Source of the DNA: an uncultured Actinomycetota bacterium
Lineage (GTDB): Bacteria; Actinomycetota; Actinomycetes; JAHEKZ01
Reading direction: 5' to 3'
NCBI GenBank assembly: GCA_963743915.1
Contig: CAVURN010000002.1
Location: 384,001-448,000, forward strand
Length of the DNA: 64,000 nt
Numbering within the stretch: the first letter of the stretch is position 1; the number at the start of each line of letters is the position of its first letter. Positions 43,973 through 55,293 of the stretch are shown one piece after another. The notes under the pieces are model-generated. The model saw nothing but the letters and a program-made list of their open reading frames with translations, made no database searches and was not told the DNA's origin. Both the position numbers and the translations under genes were made by a program.

Positions 43973-45145
43973 CTACTTCAGGAAGTCGGGGACATCCAGG
44001 TCGTCACTGGTCGCGTCGTCGAAGACGATGGTGCGAGGGGCCTTGCGCTCGGGAAGCTCGATGTACTGGTCGGCCTCGCTCTCGGTGCCCTCGGAGGCCG
44101 CGGGAGAGTCGGCCGTCGGACTGGCCGCGGTCGCAACGGTCTCGGTGTCGGGGACCGGGACCTCCTCGACGCGACGCCCCACGCGCGGCTTGCCGGGCTG
44201 GCCGCCGTCGAAGCCGGCCGCGATGACGGTGACCCGCACCTCGTCGCCCAGGGCGTCGTCGATGACCGCGCCGAAGATGATGTTTGCCTCGGGGTGGGCC
44301 GACTCGGCCACCATCCGAGCCGCCTCGTTGATCTCGAACAGCCCCAGGTCGGATCCGCCCGACACCGACAGCAGCACGCCGCGAGCGCCGTCGATGGAGG
44401 CCTCGAGCAGCGGGCTGGAGATCGCTGTCTCTGCGGCCGCGACCGCACGGTCGTCGCCACGCGCGTTCCCGATCCCCATGAGCGCGGTGCCCGCACCCTG
44501 CATGACCGACTTCACGTCGGCGAAGTCGAGGTTGATGAGTCCCGGGGTGGTGATGAGGTCGGTGATCCCCTGGACCCCCGACATCAGGACGTGGTCCGCG
44601 GACTTGAACGCGTCGAGCACGCTCACGGCGCGGTCGCTGATCGACAGCAGCCGGTCGTTCGGGATGACGATGAGGGTGTCGACCTCGGCGCGCAGCTCCT
44701 CGATTCCGACCTCGGCCTGCTGGGCACGGCGACGTCCTTCGAACCCGAACGGTCGGGTGACGACGCCGATGGTGAGTGCACCGAGCCCACGCGCGACCTC
44801 GGCGACGACCGGCGCACCGCCGGTGCCGGTGCCGCCGCCCTCACCCGCGGTGACGAAGACCATGTCGGCGCCCTTGAGAACCTCTTCGATCTCGGCGCGG
44901 TGGTCCTCGGACGCCTTGCGTCCCACCTCGGGATCGGCCCCGGCTCCGAGCCCACGTGTGAGCTCGCGGCCGATGTCGAGCTTGACGTCGGCATCGCTCA
45001 TCAGCAGTGCCTGGGCGTCGGTGTTGATGGCGATGAACTCCACGCCCTTCAGGCCCACCTCGATCATCCGGTTGATGGCGTTGACGCCACCACCACCGAT
45101 GCCCACGACCTTGATGACGGCCAGATAGTTCTGTGGAGCTGCCAT
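43973..45145 (-). CDS. ftsZ: Cell division protein FtsZ
   Basis: GGGTGTG, NLDFADV, C-terminal DLDVPDFLK. Confidence 0.99.
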   Translation of the reverse strand: MAAPQNYLAVIKVVGIGGGGVNAINRMIEVGLKGVEFIAINTDAQALLMSDADVKLDIGRELTRGLGAGADPEVGRKASEDHRAEIEEVLKGADMVFVTAGEGGGTGTGGAPVVAEVARGLGALTIGVVTRPFGFEGRRRAQQAEVGIEELRAEVDTLIVIPNDRLLSISDRAVSVLDAFKSADHVLMSGVQGITDLITTPGLINLDFADVKSVMQGAGTALMGIGNARGDDRAVAAAETAISSPLLEASIDGARGVLLSVSGGSDLGLFEINEAARMVAESAHPEANIIFGAVIDDALGDEVRVTVIAAGFDGGQPGKPRVGRRVEEVPVPDTETVATAASPTADSPAASEGTESEADQYIELPERKAPRTIVFDDATSDDLDVPDFLK

Positions 45146-45243
45146 CTCAACAAACGCCTCTCTCGTGCGGCGTCCGTCGGACGCCTCCCACTCGACTGAC
45201 TCGACCCGGGCCCCGGTAGCTCCGGTCGGCGCCGAACTCTCAC

Positions 45244-45319
45244 CCTCTAGTAGACCTCTAACGTTATGTCAACTTCAGGCTTGCGGAGCAACGTACGGGA
45301 GGGTCGTCGGCGCCGTCAA
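45244..45319 (-). promoter_or_regulatory. Two tandem ftsZ promoters
   Basis: TTGACG-18-TACGTT (45319-45290) and TTGACA-17-TAGAGG (45272-45244). Confidence 0.65.
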
Positions 45320-45349
45320 CTTCCCCCGCTCCAGGCAGGGCCAGGGCGG

Positions 45350-46084
45350 TCAGGGAGCGAGTGCCGGGGCGTCCGGCGCGGACACGTCCACCCGGGTGAA
45401 GGCGCGCCCCCACTCCTGCCGCTCGCGCAGCAGCGTGACCACCGAGACCTTCTGCTCAGCGGATCCCGCGCTCCCCCACGTGACCACGACGCCGTCGTCG
45501 AAGAGCAGCCGCACGGTGCGCGCGTCGTCGGCCTCGATCCGGGTGACCGCACGCTGCAGCGCCCGGGGCAGCGCATCGGCCACGCCGAACACCGCCGCGC
45601 TGCCTTCGGTGTCGTAGGTGACCGACGCTCCGAGTGCGCCACTCACGCCGGCAAGCGCGGGGAGGTCACGCGGCACCTCGTCCTGTTCGCCATAGACGGT
45701 CCCGTCCGACCCGACCAGACCCACCCCGACGTCGAGCGGCACGAAGCCCACGGCCCGGCGCTCTCTCACCTGGATGCGCACGGCATCGGGCCACACCCGG
45801 GTCACGCTGGCGGAGGCCACGGCGTCGAGCGTCTCGATCCGCTGCTCGATCGTGTGGAGGGGCACGGACATCATGGGGGTGCCGTCGGGCACGCGGGCCG
45901 CCGCCAGCACCTGTTCGACCGACACCTGGTCGTTGCCGACGACCGAGACCTGCTCGACCTCGAAGAGGGGTGCGTAGCGCACGGCGCCGGCCAGGGCCGC
46001 GCCCAGCAGCAGCACCGCGACCGCCCAGACCCAGGGGCGACGTGCCCAGCCGGCGGCCACGTCGACGATGGCGTGGGCGTTCAC
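45350..46084 (-). CDS. ftsQ: Cell division protein FtsQ
   Basis: TM + POTRA (V.RVWPD.VRI.VRER), DVSAPDAP; gene position. Confidence 0.9.
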   Translation of the reverse strand: MNAHAIVDVAAGWARRPWVWAVAVLLLGAALAGAVRYAPLFEVEQVSVVGNDQVSVEQVLAAARVPDGTPMMSVPLHTIEQRIETLDAVASASVTRVWPDAVRIQVRERRAVGFVPLDVGVGLVGSDGTVYGEQDEVPRDLPALAGVSGALGASVTYDTEGSAAVFGVADALPRALQRAVTRIEADDARTVRLLFDDGVVVTWGSAGSAEQKVSVVTLLRERQEWGRAFTRVDVSAPDAPALAP

Positions 46085-47505
46085 CGTTGCTCCTCACGGT
46101 GGCGGAGCAGCTCGACGATCTCCGGGCCGAGGGTCGTCACGATGCCGTCGCCCAGCGTCAGCACGATGTCTCCCGGTCGGGTCCGGTCGACCAGCCACCG
46201 GGGTACCGCCGAGAACGAGGGCTCGAACGCGACGTGCTCGCCGCCCAGCGGCACGGCAGCGGCGACCAGCGCGCCGGTGGCACCGGGGATGGGCTCCTCG
46301 TTCGACCCGTAGACCTCCATCACCAGCACCTCGTCGGCCAGACCCAGCGCCTCGCCGAGCTCGCGGTGGAACTGCAGCGTCCGCGTGAAGCGCAGGGGCT
46401 GGAACGCCACCACGAGCCGCCCCGACCCCACGATCTGGCGCGCCGCGGTGAGGGTTGCCCGCAGCTCGGTGTGGTGGTGGGCGTAGTCGTCGTACACCCG
46501 GACGCCGTCGGCCTCGCCCTTGAGCTCGAAGCGGCGCCTGGCACCGGTGTAGAGCGCCAGGCCCTCGACCGCCTCACCGACACCGACTCCGACCTCCAGT
46601 GCGACGCTCAGCGCTCCCGCAGCGTTGAGGACGTTGTGCATGCCCAGCACCTTCAGCGAGACGTCGGGCAGCCGACGACCCTTGACGACCGGGCGGAACC
46701 AGGCACCGGTGGCATCCAGCGCGACGTCGGTGATCCGGACGTCGGCGGAGGCGGCAGCGCCGTAGGTGACGACCCGTCGTCCGATCTGCTGGGCGTAGGT
46801 CGCGATCGAAGCGGCACCGGGGTCGTCACCGCACGCGATGACGACACCGCGCGGCGGGACTCCGTCGGCGAACCGACGGAAGCCGGCATGCACGGCGTCC
46901 TCATCACCCCAGTAGTCGAGGTGGTCGCCCTCGACGTTGGTGACGACCGCGATCTCCGGCTCGAGCACCAGGAAGGAGCCGTCACTCTCGTCGGACTCGG
47001 CGAGGAACACGTCCCCCGACCCGGCGTGGGCGTTGGTGCCGGTCTCGTTGAGCTGGGCCCCGATGTAGAACGAGGGGTCAGCCCCTGCGTGCTGCAGGGC
47101 GACAGCCGCCATGGAGGTCGTGGTGGTCTTGCCGTGGGTGCCGGCGACGACCACGGAGCGACGTCCCTTCATGCAGTAGGCCAGGGCCTCGGCGCGGTGC
47201 AGCACCCTCACCCCACGCTCGCGAGCCGCGAGCAGCTCGGGGTTGGACTCGCCGATCGCCGTCGACACGATCACGGTGTCGACGTCGGGCAGCGAGCCGA
47301 GGCTCTGCCCGATGTGGACGGACGCCCCCACGGCACGGAGCGACGCCACGATGCGCGACTCCCGCAGTTCGCTCCCCGTCACCGGGACGCCGCGCGCGCA
47401 CAGCATGCGCGTGAGCGCGGACATGCCGGCCCCGGCCACGCCGATCAGGTGCACCCGACCGAGCTCGGCCAGGGCACCCTGCTGGTCACGGCCGTCGCCC
47501 CTCAT
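46081..47505 (-). CDS. murC: UDP-N-acetylmuramate--L-alanine ligase
   Basis: GVAGAGMS, AGTHGKTTT, ESDESDGSF, DDYAHH. Confidence 0.96.
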   Translation of the reverse strand: MRGDGRDQQGALAELGRVHLIGVAGAGMSALTRMLCARGVPVTGSELRESRIVASLRAVGASVHIGQSLGSLPDVDTVIVSTAIGESNPELLAARERGVRVLHRAEALAYCMKGRRSVVVAGTHGKTTTTSMAAVALQHAGADPSFYIGAQLNETGTNAHAGSGDVFLAESDESDGSFLVLEPEIAVVTNVEGDHLDYWGDEDAVHAGFRRFADGVPPRGVVIACGDDPGAASIATYAQQIGRRVVTYGAAASADVRITDVALDATGAWFRPVVKGRRLPDVSLKVLGMHNVLNAAGALSVALEVGVGVGEAVEGLALYTGARRRFELKGEADGVRVYDDYAHHHTELRATLTAARQIVGSGRLVVAFQPLRFTRTLQFHRELGEALGLADEVLVMEVYGSNEEPIPGATGALVAAAVPLGGEHVAFEPSFSAVPRWLVDRTRPGDIVLTLGDGIVTTLGPEIVELLRHREEQR

Positions 47506-48614
47506 GTGCGCCCCGCTGCACGCAGCACCATGTCCGCGAGGCGCTCGTCGGCGTCACGCGCTCCGAGTGAGAGCGCCGCTGCGCTCATGTGGGCGAGCCG
47601 TCGATCGTCGCGCACGAGCTCACCCACCATCCGCCCGACCACGTCGACGGACAACGCGTCGTCGCGCACCACCATCGCCGCTCCGGCGTCGACCAGCGGA
47701 CGGGCGTTGACCTCCTGCTCCCCGTTGCTGTGCGGGTACGGCACGAAGACCGCGGGGAGCCCCACCGCCGACACCTCCGCACACGTCATCGCGCCGGACC
47801 GTCCGAGCACCAGGTCGGCGGCGGCGTAGGCAAGGTCCATGCGTTCGAGGTAGGGCAGCACGACGTAGGGCGGGTCGTCGAGCCGACGGTCGATCTCCAC
47901 GGTGTTCTGTGGGCCGGCTGCGTGCAGCACCTGCACACCGGCGTCGAGAAGCCGACGTGCCGCGCCCTGCACGGCCTCATTGATCGACCGCGCCCCTTGC
48001 GACCCACCGAACACGAGCAGCGTGGGACGTTCGGCGTCCAGCCCGAAGGCCAGCCGCGCCTTGGTGCGCAGGTGTGCGCGGTCGAGCGTCGCGATGCTGC
48101 GACGCAGCGGAATGCCCACCAGTGCCGCGTGCGCCAGCTGGTCGACGGTCCCCGGCACGCTCACGGCGACGTACGGGGTGAATCTGGCGCCGATCCGGTT
48201 CGCCACTCCGGGGCGTGCGTTCGCCTCGTGCACCACGTAGGGGACGCGCGCTCGTCGAGCGGCGAGATAGGCGGGCAGCGCCACGTACCCGCCGAAGCCC
48301 ACGACCACGTCGGGACGGTCCTGCGCGATCACCGCCGCCGTGGCCCGGACGGCGGCCCAGGTGCCGCCCGGCACCTGGAGCCAACCGCGCGGACCCGAGC
48401 GCGGCATGGTCACCTTCGGGATCATCCGGACCGGGACGCCGCGGGCGGGCATCAGGGTCGTCTCCAGACCCCTCTCGGTGCCGATGGCCGTGACCACCGT
48501 GTCGGGAAGACGCCGGAGGATGGCGTCAGCAAGGGCCAGGGCCGGCTCGACGTGTCCTGCGGTTCCGCCACCGGCGAGCAGGACGCGCAGCGGGCCAAGG
48601 TCGTCGCCGGTCAC
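47502..48614 (-). CDS. murG: Lipid II GlcNAc transferase
   Basis: AGGGTAGH, GFGGY, HEAN, GGSQGA, RSGA, NGEQ..NA. Confidence 0.96.
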   Translation of the reverse strand: MTGDDLGPLRVLLAGGGTAGHVEPALALADAILRRLPDTVVTAIGTERGLETTLMPARGVPVRMIPKVTMPRSGPRGWLQVPGGTWAAVRATAAVIAQDRPDVVVGFGGYVALPAYLAARRARVPYVVHEANARPGVANRIGARFTPYVAVSVPGTVDQLAHAALVGIPLRRSIATLDRAHLRTKARLAFGLDAERPTLLVFGGSQGARSINEAVQGAARRLLDAGVQVLHAAGPQNTVEIDRRLDDPPYVVLPYLERMDLAYAAADLVLGRSGAMTCAEVSAVGLPAVFVPYPHSNGEQEVNARPLVDAGAAMVVRDDALSVDVVGRMVGELVRDDRRLAHMSAAALSLGARDADERLADMVLRAAGRT

Positions 48615-49849
48615 CGTGCCCGGTTCCCGAGCAGCCGCAGCCGCATCCGGCGCGCGGTGCTGCGTCGGCGCAGGGCGGAGCGGGCCCCGGGAAGGTTTCG
48701 GGCGAAGGACAGCAGCATCCCGAGGGCGAACATGGTGGCCAGCAAGGCAGAGCCCCCGTAGGAGACCAGCGGCAGCGGCACACCGGTGATGGGCATGACG
48801 CTCAGCACGCCACCGATGTTGATGACCATCTGCACCCCGATCCACACGACGATGCCTCCTGCCGCGAAGCGGACGAACAGATCGTCGGTGACCAGCGCGA
48901 TCCGCAGCGCTCCGAGGATGAGAGCGCCGAAGAGGAGCAGCACGGTGATGGTGCCCACGAGCCCGAGCTCCTCGCCGATGATCGCGAAGATGAAGTCGGT
49001 GTGCGCCTCCGGCAGGGTGCCCCACTTCTCGCGACTGGCCCCCAGGCCCACTCCCCACCAGCCGCCGGAGGCAAGCGCGAACAGGCTGTGCGCCGCCTGC
49101 CATCCGGCGCCCTCATAGTCGGCGAACGGGTCCATGAAGGACTGAAGCCGGGACAAGCGTGCGCTGCGCTGGAACGTCATCAGGAGGATGACCGCCAGGG
49201 CAGGCGTCGCCAGCACGACGAAGAGCCGGAGCGGTGTGCCCGCGATGAAGAGCAGACCGGCGACGATGGCCATCAGGATCAGGGACGTGCCGAGGTCGCC
49301 GCCGAGCAGCACCAGTCCGATGACGATGGCCGCGACGGGAAGCAGGGGGACGAGCAGATGACGGTGCTGGTGCAGGAGTCGCCGCTTGCGGGTGAGCAGG
49401 TCAGCACCCCAGAGGACGAGCGCGAACTTCGCCGCCTCCGCGGGCTGCAGACGGAAGCCGCTCACCTCGATCCAGTTCTGGTTGCCGTTGACGCTCACCC
49501 CGATCCCGGGGACGAGCACCAGGACCAGCAGCACGACCGAGACCACCAGGACCGGGATCGCCAGGCGCCGGAACCACACCGTCGGGAGTCGACTGGCCAG
49601 GAACAGGACCGGGATGCCCATCGCGATCCAGACCGCCTGACGCTGGGCGACGGCCCACGACGAGCCGCTCGCGGCGTACGACTCGACGCTCGACGCGGAG
49701 AGCACCATGACCAGACCGAGGCCGGTGAGCATCACGGTGCTTCCGAGTACGAGGTAGTAGGGCGCAAGAGGCTTGGCCAACGCGGCGCGCACCGCGGCGG
49801 TGGCGTTCAGCCGGTCGTGTGTCGCCGGCGAAGGGGAAGTGACGGTCAT
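48611..49849 (-). CDS. ftsW: SEDS protein FtsW
   Basis: LQPAEAAK, LPEAHTDFIF, ITGVPLPLVSYGGS. Confidence 0.96.
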   Translation of the reverse strand: MTVTSPSPATHDRLNATAAVRAALAKPLAPYYLVLGSTVMLTGLGLVMVLSASSVESYAASGSSWAVAQRQAVWIAMGIPVLFLASRLPTVWFRRLAIPVLVVSVVLLVLVLVPGIGVSVNGNQNWIEVSGFRLQPAEAAKFALVLWGADLLTRKRRLLHQHRHLLVPLLPVAAIVIGLVLLGGDLGTSLILMAIVAGLLFIAGTPLRLFVVLATPALAVILLMTFQRSARLSRLQSFMDPFADYEGAGWQAAHSLFALASGGWWGVGLGASREKWGTLPEAHTDFIFAIIGEELGLVGTITVLLLFGALILGALRIALVTDDLFVRFAAGGIVVWIGVQMVINIGGVLSVMPITGVPLPLVSYGGSALLATMFALGMLLSFARNLPGARSALRRRSTARRMRLRLLGNRAR

Positions 49850-49859
49850 CGCGGCCCTG

Positions 49860-51302
49860 TCAGCTCCGCAGCCGGGCGACCGCCTGGCTGAAGGCGCGGC
49901 CCCTGGCCCGGTAGTCGGTGAACTGGTCCATGGAGGCGCACGCCGGTGCGAGCAGCACCGTGTCGTCGGGCTCAGCGACGGCGACAGCCGCCCGCACGGC
50001 GTGGTCCATGGGGTCAGTCTCCCCGTCGGGGACCTCGAACACCGGGACCTCCGACGCGTGTCGCCGCACGGCGTCCGCGATCAGACCCCGGTCCTCTCCC
50101 ATGAGGACGACGGCACGCAAGCGTTCACGGTGACGGGCGACGAGGTCGTCGAACTGCCCGCCCTTGGCCAGTCCCCCCGCGATCCATACGACGTGCTCCT
50201 CTGCCGACAGAGCCACGTCGGCAGCATGCACGTTGGTCGCCTTCGAGTTGTTGACGAACCGAACGCCTCCGACGACAGCGACGAGCTCACCACGATGGTC
50301 GTCCAGTCGAAATGCGCCAAGACCAGCGACGACATCGGTGACGGCGACACCGTACGAGCGAGCGAGAGCCGTGGCCGCCAGGACGTTCTGGATGTTGTGC
50401 GCACCGGTGAGGTGCAGGTCCTTCACGGCGAGGATCTCGACCGCATGGGTCGCCCGCTCGGCCACGAACGCTCGGTCGACCAGCACGCCGTCGACGATCC
50501 CGAGCATCGCTCGGCCGGGGACACCGAGGGTGAACCCGACCGCCCGGCACCCCTCGACGACGTCAGCCTCTTCGGCCAGTCGCTCGGTCTCAGGCAGGTC
50601 GTGGTTGTAGACGATCGTGCGCTCGGTTCCCTGGTAGATCCTGGCCTTGGCGTCGACGTAGGCGGCACGCGAACCGTGCCAGTCCAGATGGTCGTCCGCG
50701 ATGTTGAGCAACGCCGACGAGTGGGCGTGGATCCCGGGGGTGAAGTGCAGCTGAAAGCTCGACAGCTCGACAGCGAGGACGTCGGGCAGCGGATCGCTGA
50801 ACACTGCCTCCACCACCGGAGTGCCGATGTTGCCCACGGCCATGCTCCGGTGACCCGCTGCCCGCAGGAGTGCGTCGAGAAGCTGCACGGTCGTCGTCTT
50901 GCCGTTGGTCCCGGTCACCGTGAGCCAGGGGACCCCGACCGGCCTGAGCTGCCATGCCAGCTGCTCGCTGCTCCAGACCACCGCGACCGCCGCGGAGGTG
51001 ATCCAAGTGTGGAGCGGCGGCAGCCCCGGTGACGGGACCAGCAGGTCGCCGACCACCCGGTGGTCCGGACCGACCCCGAGGCGGACAGTGGCGCCGAGCG
51101 CATCGAGCACCTGGGCCCGCTCCCGGAGCACCTCGTCGTCCCCCGCGTCGATCACGTGGACCTCGGCACCCACGCGCAGGAGTGCATCGGCCGCGGCGAA
51201 GCCGCTGCGGCCGAGTCCGGCGACCGTCGCCGTGACACCGGACCAGTCCGCGCCGCGATCGGCTGCCCGGAGCCACCGAACGACGGCAGCTGTGTCGGTC
51301 AC
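49860..51302 (-). CDS. murD: UDP-MurNAc-L-Ala--D-glutamate ligase
   Basis: GLGRSG, TGTNGKTT, ELSSFQL, NNSKATN, LAPACASMDQF. Confidence 0.96.
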   Translation of the reverse strand: MTDTAAVVRWLRAADRGADWSGVTATVAGLGRSGFAAADALLRVGAEVHVIDAGDDEVLRERAQVLDALGATVRLGVGPDHRVVGDLLVPSPGLPPLHTWITSAAVAVVWSSEQLAWQLRPVGVPWLTVTGTNGKTTTVQLLDALLRAAGHRSMAVGNIGTPVVEAVFSDPLPDVLAVELSSFQLHFTPGIHAHSSALLNIADDHLDWHGSRAAYVDAKARIYQGTERTIVYNHDLPETERLAEEADVVEGCRAVGFTLGVPGRAMLGIVDGVLVDRAFVAERATHAVEILAVKDLHLTGAHNIQNVLAATALARSYGVAVTDVVAGLGAFRLDDHRGELVAVVGGVRFVNNSKATNVHAADVALSAEEHVVWIAGGLAKGGQFDDLVARHRERLRAVVLMGEDRGLIADAVRRHASEVPVFEVPDGETDPMDHAVRAAVAVAEPDDTVLLAPACASMDQFTDYRARGRAFSQAVARLRS

Positions 51303-52381
51303 CCGACTCCGCCTCCGCCGAGCCATTCGGTGTAGAAGAGGACGAACCCGATGCCGGTGAAGAGGCCGGACACGATCCAGAAGCGCGTCACGATCTGGAC
51401 CTCCGGCCACCCCTTCAGCTCGAAGTGGTGCTGCAGCGGTGACATCAGGAACACCCGTCGGCCGGTGGTCTTGAAAGAGGCGACCTGGATGATCACCGAG
51501 GCCGTGATGACCACGAAGAGGCCCGCCAGCACCGGGAGCAGGAGCTCGGTCTGTGTGCAGATCGCGATACCGGCCATGGCCCCCCCGAGGGCGAGTGACC
51601 CGGTGTCGCCCATGAAGATCCGCGCCGGGGACGCATTCCACCAGAGGAACCCGAAGCAAGACCCCATGACGCCGGCTGCCACGACCGCCAGGTCGAGCGG
51701 ATTCCGCACCTCGTAGCAGTTGGGCAGGATCACCTCGAAGCAGCGCTGGTTGTACTGCCAGAGCCCGATCGTGACGTAGGCACCGAAGATCATCGATGCC
51801 GCTCCCGTCGCCAGGCCGTCCAGACCGTCGGTGATGTTCACGGCGTTGGACGTCGCGGCCACCATGAACCACACCCACACGACGTACGCGACGACCGGCA
51901 GGAAGATCCAGGTGTCGCGCACGAAGGAGATGTACTGCGTGGCGGGGGTGAGGTCGTCGGCGTTGGGAAACTGCAGGGCGAGCAGCGCGAAGGTGATGGC
52001 GACGACCGCCTGCCCGATGAGCTTGGTCTTCACGCGCAGTCCGGTGGAACGCTGCCGGAAGATCTTGATGTAGTCGTCGGCGAAGCCGACGGAGGCGAGA
52101 CCGACCATCAGGAACAGGACCAGCAGTGCGGACGCGCTGGGTCCGCTTCCGGCGTCGAGGTGCGCGGCGACATAGCTCAGCACCGTCCCGGCGACGATGA
52201 CCACGCCCCCCATCGAGGGAGTGCCCTTCTTGCCGGCGTGATCGGGCACCGCGTAGCCGAGCTCCTCGGAGTCGCGGATGGACTGCGCGTACCCGCGCGC
52301 CCGCAGCCACGATGCCCAGAGGGGGGTGGCGAACAAGCCGATCAGCAGACTGACGACGACGGCGACCAGGACGAGCCTCAT
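51299..52381 (-). CDS. mraY: Phospho-MurNAc-pentapeptide transferase
   Basis: KGTPSMGG, DDYIK, NITDGLDGL, FMGDTGS, PLQHHFE. Confidence 0.97.
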   Translation of the reverse strand: MRLVLVAVVVSLLIGLFATPLWASWLRARGYAQSIRDSEELGYAVPDHAGKKGTPSMGGVVIVAGTVLSYVAAHLDAGSGPSASALLVLFLMVGLASVGFADDYIKIFRQRSTGLRVKTKLIGQAVVAITFALLALQFPNADDLTPATQYISFVRDTWIFLPVVAYVVWVWFMVAATSNAVNITDGLDGLATGAASMIFGAYVTIGLWQYNQRCFEVILPNCYEVRNPLDLAVVAAGVMGSCFGFLWWNASPARIFMGDTGSLALGGAMAGIAICTQTELLLPVLAGLFVVITASVIIQVASFKTTGRRVFLMSPLQHHFELKGWPEVQIVTRFWIVSGLFTGIGFVLFYTEWLGGGGVG

Positions 52382-53764
52382 GCGTCGTCCCCCTCGAGCA
52401 GACCGGCAGCGACCACCTCGAGGCCGGCGGCACGGGACGCCTTGACCAGCACGACGTCGTCCGGCAGCACGTCACGTCTCAGCAGCTCGAGTGCCGACTG
52501 CGCATCAGGCACGTACATCGACTCCTGACCCCACGAACCCTCGAGGCCGGCAGCCAGGTGGATCGGCCGCGCACCCTCTCCGACGACGACCAACCGTTGC
52601 ACATCCAGGCGCACCGCGAGTCGTCCCACGGCGTCGTGTTCGGCAGCAGATTGCTCCCCCAGCTCGCGCATCTCGCCGAGGACGGCGAAACAGCGACGGC
52701 CCCCGGCGATCTGTTTGAGGGCTTTCAGTGCCGCCCGCACCGACTCCGGGCTGGCGTTGTACGCGTCGTTGATGACGACGAGGCCGTCGGAACGCTCGGT
52801 CACCTCCATCCGCCACCGACTCTGCGGCTCGGCCTGGGAGAGGGCAGCCGCCACGGTGCCGACGTCCATGCCCTGCGAGCGTCCCACCGCAGCTGCCGCG
52901 AGGGCATTGGGCACCGCGTGCTCCCCCACGTACCGGAGGGTCACCCGCGCCGTCCCCTCAGGGGTGCACAGGTCGAACGAGGGCCGGCCGGTCGAATCCA
53001 TCTCCAGCCGACGCGCCTGCACGTCTGCGTCGTCGGCCTGACCGAACAGCACCACGGACGCGTCGGTCCGTGCGGCCATGCTCCGCACGAGGGGGTCGTC
53101 GGCGTTCAGCACCGCGGTGCCCGATGCCGGGAGTGCCTCGACGAGCTCGGCCTTGGCGTCGGCGATCGCGGCCTGGCTGCCGAACTCGCCGACGTGAGCC
53201 TTGCCGACGACCAGCTCGACCCCGACCGTCGGCGGTGCCACACCGCACAGGTACTTCACGTGGCCCCGGCCCCGCGCTCCCATCTCCAGTACCAGGAAGG
53301 CGGTCTGCGCGTCAGCGGAGAGCACCGTGAGCGGAAGGCCCAGCTCGTTGTTGAACGACCCAGGAGGAGCGACGGTCGGTCCCGCGACGGAGAGGACCGC
53401 CGCGGTCAGGTCCTTCGCGGTCGTCTTGCCCACCGACCCGGTGATCCCGACGACGGTGGTGCGTTCGAGGCGGTCGACGTGGAACCGGGCCAGGGTGCCG
53501 AGCGCAGCCAGCACGTCGGGCACCACGATGGTCGGTGCCTCGGTCGTACGTGTGGCGAGCACCCCCACCGCGCCGGCAGCGACGGCGGCACCGACGTAGT
53601 CGTGTCCGTCGGCCCGCTCGCCGGCCAGGGCCACGAAGAGGCTCCCTGGGCGTACCTCCCGGGAGTCGGAACAGACGTGCGTGACGGTTCGCGCCAGCGG
53701 CGGCGGCGGGCACCACCTCGCTGCCCACCGCCGTGGCAAGCACCCGCATCTCGGTGGGAATCAC
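52378..53764 (-). CDS. murF: UDP-MurNAc-tripeptide--D-Ala-D-Ala ligase (frameshift near 53700)
   Basis: DSR, TGSVGKTT, SFNNELG, EMGAR, NDAYNA.PES, KASR. Confidence 0.94.
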
Positions 53765-55291
53765 GTCGCCGCTCCGCCCGTGGCAGTCAGGCGCTGCTGC
53801 CACGCCCGCCTGACCTCGTCACGGTCGTCGAAGGGCGTCACCACGGCCCCGATCTCCTGCCCGGTCTCGTGGCCCTTGCCGGCCACCAGCACGACGTCTC
53901 CCGGCTGGGCGTGGTCGACCGCCCAACCGATCGCGGCCCGACGGTCCGCGACCTCGTGCACCTCGGCGCGACGCCTGGGGTCGACGATCGCTGTGCCGTC
54001 GAGCACGGCCCGTCGGATGAGCTCAGGAGACTCGTTCCGCGGGTTGTCGTCGGTCACCACCACCACGTCGGCGTGCTCGGCGGCCGCCCGCCCCATCTCC
54101 GGGCGCTTGCCGGCGTCGCGGTCGCCGCCGCACCCGAAGACCACGATCACCCGCCCACCCTCGTGCGGTCTCACCGCGTCGAGTGCTCGGGCGAGGGCGT
54201 CAGCGGTGTGGGCGTAGTCGACGACGAGTGCGATGCCCTCGGTGGCGTCGCCGACGCGCTCCATCCGGCCGGGAACACCGTGGCACCGCTCGATGCCGGC
54301 GGCTGCACGTCCGGGGTCGACGCCGGCGACGATCAGCATGGCCTGCGCCAGTGCAGCGTTCGCCACGTTGAAACGCCCCATCAGGCGCACGCCTCCGCCG
54401 AAGTGGAGGCCGTCGGGCGAGGTGAGCCGGTAGCGGTGGCCGCCGTCCGTCGTCTTCACCACCTCGTCGACCTGCCAGTCGGCATCCGGACGCAGGCCCA
54501 ACGTCTGGGTGGCGGTGGAGGAGGTTGCCGCCATGCGGCGGCCCCCGTCATCGTCGACGGTGACGACCGCGTGCCGGCTGCGCGCCGGGGTGAAGAGGGT
54601 CGCCTTCGCTGCGAAGTACTCCTCGTCGGAGCCGTGGAAGTCGAGGTGGTCGCTGCCGAGCTGGGTGAATCCCGAGACGTCGAACGTGCAGCCGTCGACC
54701 CGACCCATGGCCAGTGCGTGGCTCGACACCTCCATCGCCACCGCGGTCACGCCTCGTTCGCGCATGACGGCGAGCAGTGCGTGCAGCTCGGACGCCTCCG
54801 GAGTCGTGCGCACGGTGGGAAAGGCCTCGCCGTCCACCAGGGTGGCGACGGTGCCGATCACCCCCGTGCGGTGTCCGGCGGCGCGCAGCCCCGCATCGAG
54901 CAGGAAGGTCGTCGTCGTCTTGCCGTTCGTGCCGGTGACACCGAGCATCAACAGGTCTTCGGCCGGTCGTCCGGTAGATCTCGGCGGCGAGCACACCCAC
55001 CTGTGCGCGCGGTGACTCGATCACGACGACGGGAAGCGCCTCGCCGACGATCGTCGCGCCGGCGGCATCCGTCACGACGGCAACCGCTCCGCGCTGCGCC
55101 GCTTCCCGCGCGAACGCTGCCCCGTGCACGCGCTGCCCAGGAAGCGCGGCGAAGACGTCGCCCGGCTGTGCATCGTTCGAGTCGACGGTGATGCCCGTCA
55201 CCTGCAGCTGGCCGAGCTCCGGCGCGTCCACACCGATCGCCTGGCAGGCGGCGCGCAGTGGTACCGGGACCAGCGTCGGGCGGGGTGTCAT
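53761..55291 (-). CDS. murE: UDP-MurNAc-dipeptide--DAP ligase (frameshift near 54975)
   Basis: GTNGKTT, TTPE, MEVSSH, DYAHT, DDNPR (DAP-type), GKGHE. Confidence 0.95.
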
Positions 55292-55293
55292 GG

